Of a stretch of DNA of 64,000 bases, positions 29,919 to 40,119 are shown in pieces (position 1 is the stretch's first letter; each line of letters opens with the position of its first letter). Source of the DNA: an uncultured Pseudomonadota bacterium (GTDB lineage: Bacteria > Myxococcota_A > Polyangia > Fen-1088); assembly GCA_963847705.1 (NCBI GenBank), contig CAWKBC010000017.1, positions 192,001 through 256,000 of the forward strand. The letters are read 5' to 3'. The position numbers were made by a program, and so were the translations under genes. The notes beneath the pieces were generated by a model. The model was not told where the DNA came from. It ran no database searches and saw only the letters and a program-made list of their open reading frames with translations.

Positions 29919-31396
29919 TATGGGCGCAAAAGCGATAGGGTCCGCTTTCTGCAAAGCTGAAATGTCCGCGTGGGGTCGGCCCGAGCCTGCACGGTTCCGG
30001 GTGGAACGCGATCTTGAACCCGAGCGCTCGGCCGGAGTGGCCGGTTATCGTGGCCTTCGGAGATGGCTAACAACTGGGCGTCCGCGGAGATCACCGGACC
30101 CGATTCGCCGCCACGAAGGCCGCCCTCTCCGTCGAGGATCCCCGGTTACCACAGAAGCTTCGGCTAGCGCTCCGCGGGGAACATCACCGAGATCGGCGGG
30201 AGCCGCAGGCGGCCCCTGCTCCGCTGCCGCGCGCCCGCCGGTGCGCCGGCCGCGCCGTCGGTGCCCCCGCAGTCGAGGGACGTGCAGACGCCCGCCGCGC
30301 AGACGGCGCCGGGAAAGCAACTGTCGTAGGCGGTGCAGGGAGATCCCGTGTTGACCAACGAGGCGGTGCACGTTGCCGCGCCCGCGTCGGTCGTCGGCCC
30401 GCAGGCACCGCCGTCTGGAATCGTGATGGCCACGCACGACGAGGTCGTCGCGTCGCAAAGAGCGCCGGCTTGCGTCGGGTCGCAATAGACGATCATGGTG
30501 GAGTCACAAGGTTGTCCGACAGTCGGAAGCTTGGTGCAGACGTGGTTGGTCCCGGCGCAGTAGCCGTCGATGGGGCAGGCCTCCGTGTCCGCACAGGCCG
30601 CGCCCATGACGACCGGCGCCGTGCAGACGGTCGTGCTCGCGCTGGTCGGAGTCATCGCGCAGACCAAACCATCGGCGCAGTCGGTTCCGAGGACACTGTC
30701 GTTGCTACAAGGCTGACCGCTGGATACGGCCGCCACACAGGTTCCGCACTGCCCGAGGGTCGGCATGGAACATCGCCCGCTCGCGCATTGCCAGCTGGTG
30801 CTGCAGGGGCCACCGATCGATACGGTGCCTCCGTGCGCAAGGCAAGCGGCAGGGGCCGTGCTCCCTCCCAGAAACGCCGTGCAACTCTGCGCGGCGATCG
30901 CATTTCCACATTGCTCGGCCAGTGAAGCGGTCAGACCCGTGTGGGGCGCCGTGAGCTCCTCGTTGCATGAGGCGACGTTGTACGACTTGCAGGCGGCGAC
31001 ATCTGCGAATCCGAGGAGCGCCAGAGCCCCGGGCTCGCACGCCTCGAGCCGATCGCACTCCGCTCCGAAGGCGGCGCAACCGGATCCGGCGCCGCTGTCG
31101 GGCTTGTTCGAGTTGGAGCCGCCACACGCGGTGGCCACAAACCCCATGAAGCCAATGAACGCCAATCGCCTCTTCCGGATCACGCGCATGGCGACCATCG
31201 TATGTCACCGCCGCTGGCCGTCAAAGAAGCTCAGGAAGCCAGGCCCGCCACGCGGATGCCCTACCGAGGGAAGGGGGCTACTCGATCGATGTGGCCTGCG
31301 AGAAGCACCGCACTTCGCCGGATTTGGGGACAGCCGCCCCGTCCAGCGGACAGTTTCGCTTTGCAGCAGACCGGACATCTCAGCTTTGCGTTGACA
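29919..31396. mobile_element. Non-autonomous element with IS1202-family-like ends carrying one passenger gene
   Basis: Left end TATGGGCGCAAAAGCGATAGGGTCC..GCAAAGCTGAAATGTCC; right end (reverse complement) TGTCAACGCAAAGCTGAGATGTCC..GCAAAGCGAAACTGTCC; exact TCGTC repeats at 29914-29918 and 31397-31401; no transposase ORF inside. Confidence 0.78.
30164..31189 (-). CDS. Cys-rich lipoprotein (cargo of the element)
   Basis: Lipobox ATAC; repeated GxxC...C..G.C modules. Confidence 0.8.
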   Translation of the reverse strand: MRVIRKRRLAFIGFMGFVATACGGSNSNKPDSGAGSGCAAFGAECDRLEACEPGALALLGFADVAACKSYNVASCNEELTAPHTGLTASLAEQCGNAIAAQSCTAFLGGSTAPAACLAHGGTVSIGGPCSTSWQCASGRCSMPTLGQCGTCVAAVSSGQPCSNDSVLGTDCADGLVCAMTPTSASTTVCTAPVVMGAACADTEACPIDGYCAGTNHVCTKLPTVGQPCDSTMIVYCDPTQAGALCDATTSSCVAITIPDGGACGPTTDAGAATCTASLVNTGSPCTAYDSCFPGAVCAAGVCTSLDCGGTDGAAGAPAGARQRSRGRLRLPPISVMFPAER

Positions 31397-31425
31397 TCGT
31401 CTCTGTCGTTCCGCTTTCGCTCGAG

Positions 31426-32171
31426 CTACAGCAGCGATCCGCCATCCACGGGAATCGTCGCGCCGGTGATCCACCGCGCAGCGTCGGAAGCGAGGAATGC
31501 CACGACGTCACCGACGTCGTCCGGCTGACCAATGCGCTTGAGGGCCTGAATCCCCAGCGCGAACGCGCGCCCCTGCTCCGTCTTGGTGAAGTTCGACATG
31601 TCCGTTTCGATAATTCCCGGAGCCACCGCGTTGATGCGGATTCCGCGCTCTCCCAGCGCAGGGGTGAGGCTTCGAACCAGCGTGTCGACAGCTCCCTTGG
31701 TCGAGGCGTACGCCGAGATGTTCCCCACCGGGCGCCGCACGCCCAGAGACGACAGCAACACAACGCTGGCACCGTCGTTCAGATGCGGCAGCAATTGCTG
31801 GACGAGGAAATACGGTGCCCGGACGTTGATGGCAAACAGGCGATCGAAGTCCTCCACGGTCAGCTCGTTGATTTTGGCTGACTTCGATACGCCGGCGTTG
31901 GCGACGAGAATATCGAGAGGACCACCGACGAGGTCCCGCGCTCTGACAGCAAGCTGGTGCGCACCATCGGGCGCCGAGAGATCCCCCCCAACGTGAGGGC
32001 GGATCCGCCGGCTGCGTCGATCTCCCGGCGCACGGCCTCGGCTTCCGGAGCGGAGCTCGAGTAGTGCACGATGACGCGTGCGCCGGCAGCCGCCAGCGCC
32101 TTGGCGCTCGCACGGCCGATTCCGCGCGAGGCTCCAGTCACAAGCGCGATCTTCTGTTTGGGTTCGGGCAT
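31426..32171 (-). pseudogene. Short-chain dehydrogenase/reductase with one frameshift
   Basis: ALVTGASRGIG in one frame; DILVANAG, YASTK and NAVAPG in another; frame switch at the C7 run 31983-31989, possibly a sequencing error. Confidence 0.8.
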
Positions 32172-32394
32172 GACTCTCTCCTGGGTCTTCGATGACAGGG
32201 TCTTGAATCTCGATCGCCGTGCATGACTCCATGAACACCGACAGCAGTCCCGTTGCCTCGACACGATAAGACGAGCATCGGGGCGCTGTAAGGCCCGATC
32301 GCGCGAATTCCAGGTGCGGATCCGGTGCCAGTCCTGCGGCGGTGCCCCGTCTGGATCACAATTTCGAACGGCGTTAGTATCGCCGGACCTCGCA

Positions 32395-32640
32395 ATGAGC
32401 GATCGGAGGTTGGATGCGCGGTCGAGCCGCGACGGGACCGGCGCCGTTTCCGAGCCGACGCGGGTCCGGGAACGGGTCAAGGTCCGGCGCCGCCGTCGGT
32501 TCCGGAAGGAGCCTGGCAACGCGCTCGACGCAGAGCGCTGGCTGGCGGGTGCGCGGTCCCGGCGCCTGCGCAGGTTCACGCTCGGCTCGTCCGTATTGGT
32601 CTTGCTGGTGATCGTGGTCTATCTGATCCTTCGGGCGTGA
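32395..32640 (+). CDS. Small basic protein with C-terminal TM helix
   Basis: Arg-rich body and hydrophobic tail VLVLLVIVVYLIL; start uncertain. Confidence 0.5.
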   Translation: MSDRRLDARSSRDGTGAVSEPTRVRERVKVRRRRRFRKEPGNALDAERWLAGARSRRLRRFTLGSSVLVLLVIVVYLILRA

Positions 32641-32661
32641 GCCCGGGCGAGGACCCGGGCT

Positions 32662-33399
32662 TCAGCCGGGCTTGCGCGGAATGCGCGCCCGCAGCGCCCA
32701 GACCAGGGTCACCGCCTCGAGGACGATGTTGCCAGACATCTTCGACTGGCCGACCCGGCGTTCGACGAACTTGATGGGAACCTCGACGACGCGGAATCCG
32801 CCGCAGATCGCGCGGTAGGTCATCTCGATCTGGAAACCGTAGCCGTGGGCCGAGACGGCCTCGAGATCGAGGGCCCGCAGCGTGTCGGCGCGCCAGGCCT
32901 TGAAGCCCGCGGTCAGGTCGTTGATTCCGACGCCCAGGACCAGCCGCGCGTACATCCCGCCGCCGCGGCTGATGATCTTTCGCCCGAGTCCCCAGTTCTC
33001 GGTCCCGCCGCCCGCGGTGTAGCGCGACCCGATCGCCACGTCGGCGCCTTCATCCAGAGCTCGCAAGAGCCGCGGGATATCCTGGGGATCGTGGGAGAAA
33101 TCGGCGTCCATCTGGACGATGCGCTGCCAGCCGCGCGCCGATCCGAGCGCATGCTTGTAGGCCGCCAGATAGGCCGCCCCCAGCCCCTCCTTGGCGCTCC
33201 TGTGCATCACCTCGACCTGGCCATCACCAGCTTGGGCGGCGAGCTGGTCGGCCAGCGCCCCGGTCCCGTCGGGCGAGTTGTCGTCGACGATGAGGACCGT
33301 CGCCGCCGGCACCGCCGCCCGAACCGCCGGGATGATGTCCGCCAGGACCTCCCGCTCGTTGTAGGTCGGGATGACGATCAACGTCGAGGCGTCGCTCAT
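32662..33399 (-). CDS. Polyprenol monophosphomannose synthase (GT2)
   Basis: IPTYNE, VDDNSPDGTG, QMDADFSH, DLTAGFK, GYGFQIEM. Confidence 0.92.
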   Translation of the reverse strand: MSDASTLIVIPTYNEREVLADIIPAVRAAVPAATVLIVDDNSPDGTGALADQLAAQAGDGQVEVMHRSAKEGLGAAYLAAYKHALGSARGWQRIVQMDADFSHDPQDIPRLLRALDEGADVAIGSRYTAGGGTENWGLGRKIISRGGGMYARLVLGVGINDLTAGFKAWRADTLRALDLEAVSAHGYGFQIEMTYRAICGGFRVVEVPIKFVERRVGQSKMSGNIVLEAVTLVWALRARIPRKPG

Positions 33400-33412
33400 C
33401 TGGGACGCGTGA

Positions 33413-34419
<1,007 letters not shown>

Positions 34420-34423
<4 letters not shown>

Positions 34424-35373
34424 CTGCTCTCGATCTCCTTTTGGTTGGTTTCGTAGTACTCGACGGTGGCGCGGAGGCCGACGTCGAAAGGGGTCTTCGC
34501 CACGAAGCCGAAGCGCTCGCGGGCGCGGGTGACGTCCAGCTGGCGCCGGGGCTGTCCGTTCGGCTTGCTGGTGTCCCAGACGAAACGCCCCTGGTAGCGG
34601 GCGGCCTGGGCGATCTTGCTCGCCAGGTCACGGATGGTGAGCTCCACGCCGTTGCCGAGGTTCACCGGATCGCTCGAGTCGTAGCGCTCGGCGGCCAGCA
34701 GGATCCCTTCAGCGGCGTCGTCGACGTAGAGGAACTCCCGCGTCGCCGAGCCGTCGCCCCACAAGGTGACCTCCGGCTCGCCGCGGGTGCGCGCGCCGAC
34801 GAACTTCCGGATCATCGCCGGGATGACGTGCGAGGACTCGAGGTCGAAGTTGTCCCGCGGTCCGTAGAGATTGACCGGGAAGAGGACCACGCTGTTCATG
34901 CCGTACTGCTGCCGGTAGCCCTCCGATTGCACCAGCATCATTTTCTTGGCCACCCCATACGGGGCGTTGGTCTCCTCCGGGTAGCCGTTCCAGAGATCGT
35001 CTTCCTTGAACGGCACCGGCGCGAACTTGGGGTAAGCGCAGATGGTGCCGAGCGCGACCAGCTTGGGGACCTTGGCCAGCCGGCACTCCTCGAAGAGCTG
35101 CAGCCCCATCATCGCGTTCTCGAACAGGAAGCGTCCCGGGTTCGAGCGGTTGGCGCCGATCCCCCCGACCTGGGCGGCCAGGTGGATCACCAGGTCGGGC
35201 CGCGCGTCGGCCAGGAGCCGCCGGGCGGCCGCGCGGTCGACGAGATCGTAGTCGGCCGACCGGGGAACGGTCACCGAGGCGCCGGCATCGCGCAGCCGAC
35301 CGACGACGAAGCTGCCGAGAAACCCGGCCCCACCGGTGACGACGACCCGACGGCCGTTCCAGAAGCTGCTCAT
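34420..35373 (-). CDS. fcl: GDP-L-fucose synthase
   Basis: [39 protein letters not shown]; adjacent to gmd. Confidence 0.93.
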
Positions 35374-35441
35374 GGAGCGCGGAATCTATCCGCAACCGCT
35401 CCCGGGCGCTACGCCCACGTGAGGGGCAGGTCAGGGGCAGG

Positions 35442-36665
35442 TCAGGGAGTCGCCAGGGCTGCCCGACAGGAGAGTTTCCCCGCCGCCACCTGGGCCGCCA
35501 GCGTGGTCAGCTCGGGCAAGGCGGTCCCAGGATCGGCGGTCGGCGGGCGCACCCCACCCGGCTTCACGGTCGCGCCGTAGGTGGTGATGACGAAGATCCG
35601 GATGACGTCACTTCGCTCCGCGGGGAGCGCCCGGGCGTAAGCCTCGACGAGATCGCCGATGTCCCGCGGCGGCCGCCCTTCGAGGACCGCGCGGCCCCAG
35701 GCCGACAGCAGCTTGGCCTGAAAGTTCCGGAAGGGACCGAGCACGGCGGCGGGGCTGACCCCGGCGGGAATTCGGTCGGTCACGAACGGCGCGTAGACCT
35801 CGGCCGGAGCGATCTTGCGCCCGACCGTCTTCGACTGGGCCAGACGATAGAGCACGGTCGCCGCCACCCCGGGATCCTCCAGGAGATCGGCCGCCGCCCG
35901 CGGCGCGCCGTCGGCGCCGAGGACGTAGCGGTTCTCCCGCACCGCCGCGAACAGCGCGCGCTGGCTGCTGGTCCCGGCGCCGGCCGGCAGCGTCCCGGCG
36001 GGCCCCTCCCCCATCCGCCACTCGCGTGCGATCACCTCCAGCGACCCGGCGTAGCCCTCCAGAAGCGGCCGGGGCGGTGGGCTCGGCGCGCCGGCCGCCA
36101 CGCGAGCGGCCGCCTCGTACCCGATGAGACCGGCCAGCGTCTGGGGCAAGGCGCGGTCCTGATCCGGATAGGTGGGGAGCGCGATCCAGGCGACGTCGGC
36201 GTGCTCGTTGACGCCGCCGAAGGTCCCCTTCAGCGCCAGGCCCCGCCCGGTCTTGTCGCCCACCGGGGCGCCGACGATGAAGGCGGTCGGCTGCGCCGCC
36301 TCGGCCCGATCGGCGTCGGGGAAGCGCTTGCCGCCCACGTTGGCGTCGCGCACCAGCTGCTTGGCCAGGTAGTCGGTGCGCAGCACCTCGCCGGAGAATC
36401 CGGCCAACAACTGCTGGTAGAGCGGCGCGGCGCGCGGATCGTCGGGCGCCACGGTCGACACCAGCGGCAGGCCCGCCGGGCTGCGCGTCGCAGCGTTGGC
36501 GCCCTCGAGCGGAGCGTAGACCGCGAACGAATCGGGCGGCCCCAGCGAGGGGTCGCGGTGACAGCCGAGCGCGCCGGCCCCGGCCCAGGCGACCAACGCG
36601 AACAGCGCAACGCCGCTGGCGTCCCGAGATCCCCGCGCCTTCCCGCCGCGCGCGGCGGGCGTCAT
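35442..36665 (-). CDS. Hypothetical lipoprotein
   Basis: Lipobox ALGC; ATGA overlap with the upstream gene. Confidence 0.65.
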   Translation of the reverse strand: MTPAARGGKARGSRDASGVALFALVAWAGAGALGCHRDPSLGPPDSFAVYAPLEGANAATRSPAGLPLVSTVAPDDPRAAPLYQQLLAGFSGEVLRTDYLAKQLVRDANVGGKRFPDADRAEAAQPTAFIVGAPVGDKTGRGLALKGTFGGVNEHADVAWIALPTYPDQDRALPQTLAGLIGYEAAARVAAGAPSPPPRPLLEGYAGSLEVIAREWRMGEGPAGTLPAGAGTSSQRALFAAVRENRYVLGADGAPRAAADLLEDPGVAATVLYRLAQSKTVGRKIAPAEVYAPFVTDRIPAGVSPAAVLGPFRNFQAKLLSAWGRAVLEGRPPRDIGDLVEAYARALPAERSDVIRIFVITTYGATVKPGGVRPPTADPGTALPELTTLAAQVAAGKLSCRAALATP

Positions 36666-37084
36666 TGGATCCGCGCCGACTCGGCGGGCTCGCAGTAACG
36701 ATGAAGCAGCCGCGTCAGCGCGTCGAAGTCAACCGGCTTGTAGAGCACGGTGACGTCCTCTCGCACGCCGATCATCTGGTCGTTGGCCGCCGTCATGATG
36801 ACCCGCGGGATCGACGCCAGTTTGGGCGACTTCTTGATCACCTTGAGCAGCTCGACCCCGTTCATGACCGGCATGAACAGATCGATCAGCATCAGCGCCG
36901 GGACCTCGTCCTCGAGCAGGAGCAGCGCTTCGCGCCCGTTGCCGGCGCAGATGGCCCGGTAGCCGCTGTCCTCGACGACATCGTTGATGGTCAGCGCCAC
37001 GTCATGGTCGTCCTCGACGATCAACACCGCGGGACGCAGGGTTGAGGTCGGACCGGGTCCGGCGGACGACGGTTTCGTGGCCAT
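36662..37084 (-). CDS. Single-domain response regulator
   Basis: LIVEDD, IDLFMPVMNG, MTA, KP. Confidence 0.9.
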   Translation of the reverse strand: MATKPSSAGPGPTSTLRPAVLIVEDDHDVALTINDVVEDSGYRAICAGNGREALLLLEDEVPALMLIDLFMPVMNGVELLKVIKKSPKLASIPRVIMTAANDQMIGVREDVTVLYKPVDFDALTRLLHRYCEPAESARIQ

Positions 37085-37183
37085 TGGGTTCACGTGTGTG
37101 CGCTGCGCGGTCTGGCTTCGTGCTCTCTATAGATCCGAGATCGACCGGGATCAATGCTCCCAGACGTAAAAGCTGAAGCGTGA

Positions 37184-37323
37184 GACACCGAGATCATCCT
37201 CTTCGACGCCGCCTGCACCGCGAAGGATGGCAAGCCCTACCACAACACGTACACCTGGTACTTCCGCATGAGGCGGATCGGGTCGTCAGCGCGAGCGCCT
37301 TCTTCGACCCCCGTGACTTCGCC
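37184..37323 (+). pseudogene. Fragment of an NTF2/SnoaL-like (ketosteroid isomerase-like) gene
   Basis: DTEIILFDAACTAKDGKPYHNTYTWYFRM, then after a frameshift VVSASAFFDPRDF; no N-terminal part. Confidence 0.6.
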
Positions 37324-37347
37324 AAGCGGCCCGCCCTCCAAGTCCAG

Positions 37348-37421
<74 letters not shown>

Positions 37422-37728
37422 GTGCAAGTTATTTCGGTGAGTTACATCCGGAGCGTCGTGTGATGCTTTCGAGTCTGCACCCGACCTTCCTGTGCGCGGG
37501 CAGTTCTACCACCTGCCCAGCCGGCCGAGAAAGGTCGACTGACGCCGCGCCGTGGGGACCGACCGCGACGGCGGGAACACGGCGTTCGGTGGAGATAGGG
37601 CGGAGCGGGCCGCATTCAAGTCTCGTTCCTGGCCGGACGATGTACCGAGCGTCAGAATCGTGCCTTCGGCGGAAGGCCACGATAAGATGGCGAGATCCGC
37701 GGAGAACACCGGCGACCGACGAGAAATA

Positions 37729-38316
37729 ATGTCTAGGGGAGACAAACGGTGGATCGTCGCCGGCTCGGTCGTTGTGCTGACGGGACTGGGCTGGTTTGCG
37801 CTGCGGGATCGCGGGACCAGCGGGTCCGAGCGAGCAGACGGCGACGAGCTACACGGATTTGGATCGCGACCGTTCGCGGCGGCCGACGCCAGGCTCCCCC
37901 CACCGCCCGAGACGCCCGAGCTGCTCGCCAAACAGGTCGAGGGGGCGATGGGGCGCTGGCGAACGGCGATCCTGGTGAAGGATGCCCCTTCGGTCGTCGC
38001 GCTCGACCTGACGTTCCGCCAGATGCCGGACCGTTACAGGGCCGCGCTGGCCGCGATCGCCGAGAGCGATGAGAACGAGCGCGTGCGGGCCTTCTCCACC
38101 CGCGTGCTCGGGAAGCTCAAGAACGCGGCGGAGGCGCCGCTCTACCGTCGCCTGCTCACCGACAGGAGCCCCTTCGTCCGCCAGAATGCAGTTTGGGCGC
38201 TGGGGGAGCTCGGCTCTGCCGCGGGCCCGGCCGTCGCCGAGCTGCAGAAGGCCAGCGCCCACGATCCGGCGAACGACGTCCGCGCCGCCGCCCGGGCCGC
38301 CCTCGCCAAGCGCTAG
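37729..38316 (+). CDS. Membrane-anchored HEAT-repeat protein
   Basis: N-terminal TM; ERVRAFSTRVLG, FVRQNAVWALG, DVRAAARAAL. Confidence 0.8.
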   Translation: MSRGDKRWIVAGSVVVLTGLGWFALRDRGTSGSERADGDELHGFGSRPFAAADARLPPPPETPELLAKQVEGAMGRWRTAILVKDAPSVVALDLTFRQMPDRYRAALAAIAESDENERVRAFSTRVLGKLKNAAEAPLYRRLLTDRSPFVRQNAVWALGELGSAAGPAVAELQKASAHDPANDVRAAARAALAKR

Positions 38317-38337
38317 CAGGAAGATCGGACCGTCATC

Positions 38338-38496
38338 GTGGCAAACAAAGCGAAACGAAAACCGACAGGACCGGCCAAGAAGGCCTGGCAGAAGCCGCGC
38401 ATCAAGAGTGGCCGCCTGTTCGAGTCGAACAGCCTGGCCTGCGGCAAGAACGGTCCCGGAATGGAATCGTGCGAGCAGTTCCCGAAGATGTCATGA
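38338..38496 (+). CDS. Putative RiPP precursor peptide (52 aa), absent from the ORF track
   Basis: MANKAKRKPTGPAKKAWQKPRIKSGRLFESNSLACGKNGPGMESCEQFPKMS*; WxKPxI leader motif; stop overlaps next ATG. Confidence 0.8.
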   Translation: MANKAKRKPTGPAKKAWQKPRIKSGRLFESNSLACGKNGPGMESCEQFPKMS

Positions 38497-39848
38497 CCAG
38501 ACCGGTCGCGGGCGGTTCCGAGAAGCTGACGCTTTCGCTTTCGCTTTCGCTTTCGATAGGGGGCATCGTCGGCTGCCTGGAGATCTCGGGGGCCCAGGCG
38601 GTCTTTCTCGAGCAGGTTCGGGCGCGCTACGGGGCGTTCATCCTGCCATCCGGCAGCCGCAGCGCCAGCGACTTCAGCCTGCGGCTGGCGCTGGAGCCGA
38701 GCGCCGCGCCCGGCGGCTCGGCTTCGAAGCGCCTGGCCGAGACCGAAGCGCACCCGTTGAAGGTCACGGTCAAGGGGTACGCCATCGCCGCCGAGCGGTG
38801 GGACTTTCGGGCGCGCCTCCAGGGACGTTCGACGCCGCGGTCGGTGCCGGGGCGCGGGATCAGTTATCGCGGCGAAGGTCGCTGTGAGGCCAGCCCGTTC
38901 GCGCTCGACTGCCTGCTGAGGGTGATCTACGCGACCCTGCTGCCGCGCGTGGGGGGGATGCTCATCCACGGCTGCGGCCTGCGGCACGCGGCGATCGGGG
39001 TGATCTTCCCGGGTGTGAGCGGCGCGGGGAAGAGCACTCTCGCGCGCAAGGCGCCGGACGCGGACGACGTGCTGTCAGACGAGCTGGTGGTGGTTCGCCG
39101 GCTGGACGATGGCTGGCGCGTGTACGGGACGCCGTTCTGGGGCGACTTCGCCCGCGGCGGCATCTCGATGCGCAGCTGGCCGCTGCGAACGGTGGCGTTC
39201 CTCAACCAGGCGCGCGAGGTGGCGATGACGCCGATCACCTCCTCGGATGCGACGCTGCGCCTGCTCGGCTGCTTCCTGGCCTTCACCACCGATCGCGCGT
39301 CGGTCGAGCGGAGCCTGGCCGTGGCCGTCCAGCTCTGCGCCGAGGTTCGCTCGGTCGAGGCGTCGCTGACCCGCGCGGCGCCCACGGCGATCGTGTTCCG
39401 CAAGCTCGCCCCGCACCTCGGGCCCGAGGTGACGCGCGCGGTGCCGCCTGCGAACGCGCGCGAGCTCATCTCCGAGTTCCGCGCGCTGCTGCGCAAGCAG
39501 CGGTCGTACTCCTTCAGGCCCAAAGGGACGGCGGGCGCCTGGCTCAAGAACGGCGAATCGCTCGCGGTCCAGACGCCCGGTCTCGGCGCGCCGCTCGGGC
39601 CGGGGGACGTCGTGCTGTCCTGGGTGCCCGGACCGACGCCCGACGAGGATGCCCTGGCCTGCCGCCGACTCTCGGCGGCGGGCGCGCGCGAGGCCGGGCA
39701 GGCCTGGATCGGGGGCGAGCTACTCGGCCGCGTCACCCTCGTCTCGCGCGACGGCAAGACCCTGCCGCTTCCGGGACGTGTCGCCGATCTGGCCCGCAGC
39801 TTCGGGCCGCTGGTCGCGATTCCCATGCTGAGGATGGCCGGACGATGA
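38493..39848 (+). CDS. HPr-kinase-like P-loop protein fused to a degenerate S24/S26 peptidase-like domain
   Basis: LIHGCG, GVSGAGKST, LSDE, GTPFWG; C-terminal LGPGDVVL...ELLGRV. Confidence 0.8.
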   Translation: MTRPVAGGSEKLTLSLSLSLSIGGIVGCLEISGAQAVFLEQVRARYGAFILPSGSRSASDFSLRLALEPSAAPGGSASKRLAETEAHPLKVTVKGYAIAAERWDFRARLQGRSTPRSVPGRGISYRGEGRCEASPFALDCLLRVIYATLLPRVGGMLIHGCGLRHAAIGVIFPGVSGAGKSTLARKAPDADDVLSDELVVVRRLDDGWRVYGTPFWGDFARGGISMRSWPLRTVAFLNQAREVAMTPITSSDATLRLLGCFLAFTTDRASVERSLAVAVQLCAEVRSVEASLTRAAPTAIVFRKLAPHLGPEVTRAVPPANARELISEFRALLRKQRSYSFRPKGTAGAWLKNGESLAVQTPGLGAPLGPGDVVLSWVPGPTPDEDALACRRLSAAGAREAGQAWIGGELLGRVTLVSRDGKTLPLPGRVADLARSFGPLVAIPMLRMAGR

Positions 39849-40117
39849 CCTACAAGCGCGATCCCGGCCTCCCGTTCCAGAAGCTGGAGGAGGAGACCAT
39901 CGTGGTCGACCCGCGCACCCGCGAGGTCCACCTGCTGAACGACACCGCGGCGCGCGTCTGGGAGCTCCTGGCGTCGTCCTCGACGCTCGACGAGCTGACG
40001 GAGACGCTGGCCGAGGAGTACGACGCGCCTGCGGAGGCGGTGCGCGCGGGCGTCGAGGAGCTGCTGGCCGGGTTGCGCGACAAGGGCCTCCTGGTCGACG
40101 TGGCTGAGGCGGCCTGA
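39845..40117 (+). CDS. PqqD family RiPP recognition element (RRE) protein
   Basis: 90 aa; HLLNDTAARVWELL, LAEEYD, L.DKGLL. Confidence 0.92.
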   Translation: MTYKRDPGLPFQKLEEETIVVDPRTREVHLLNDTAARVWELLASSSTLDELTETLAEEYDAPAEAVRAGVEELLAGLRDKGLLVDVAEAA

Positions 40118-40119
40118 GC

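Noticed and set aside
31983-31989. C7 run in the SDR gene as a phase-variation switch
   Set aside because: The run is short and other indels occur in essential genes, so error is the simpler explanation.
35422-35448. Short direct repeat AGGGGCAGGTC x2 at a gene end
   Set aside because: Two copies only; probably a local duplication with no supportable function.
38494-38496. Precursor TGA read as selenocysteine
   Set aside because: It is an ordinary ATGA stop/start overlap and no SECIS-like hairpin was evident.
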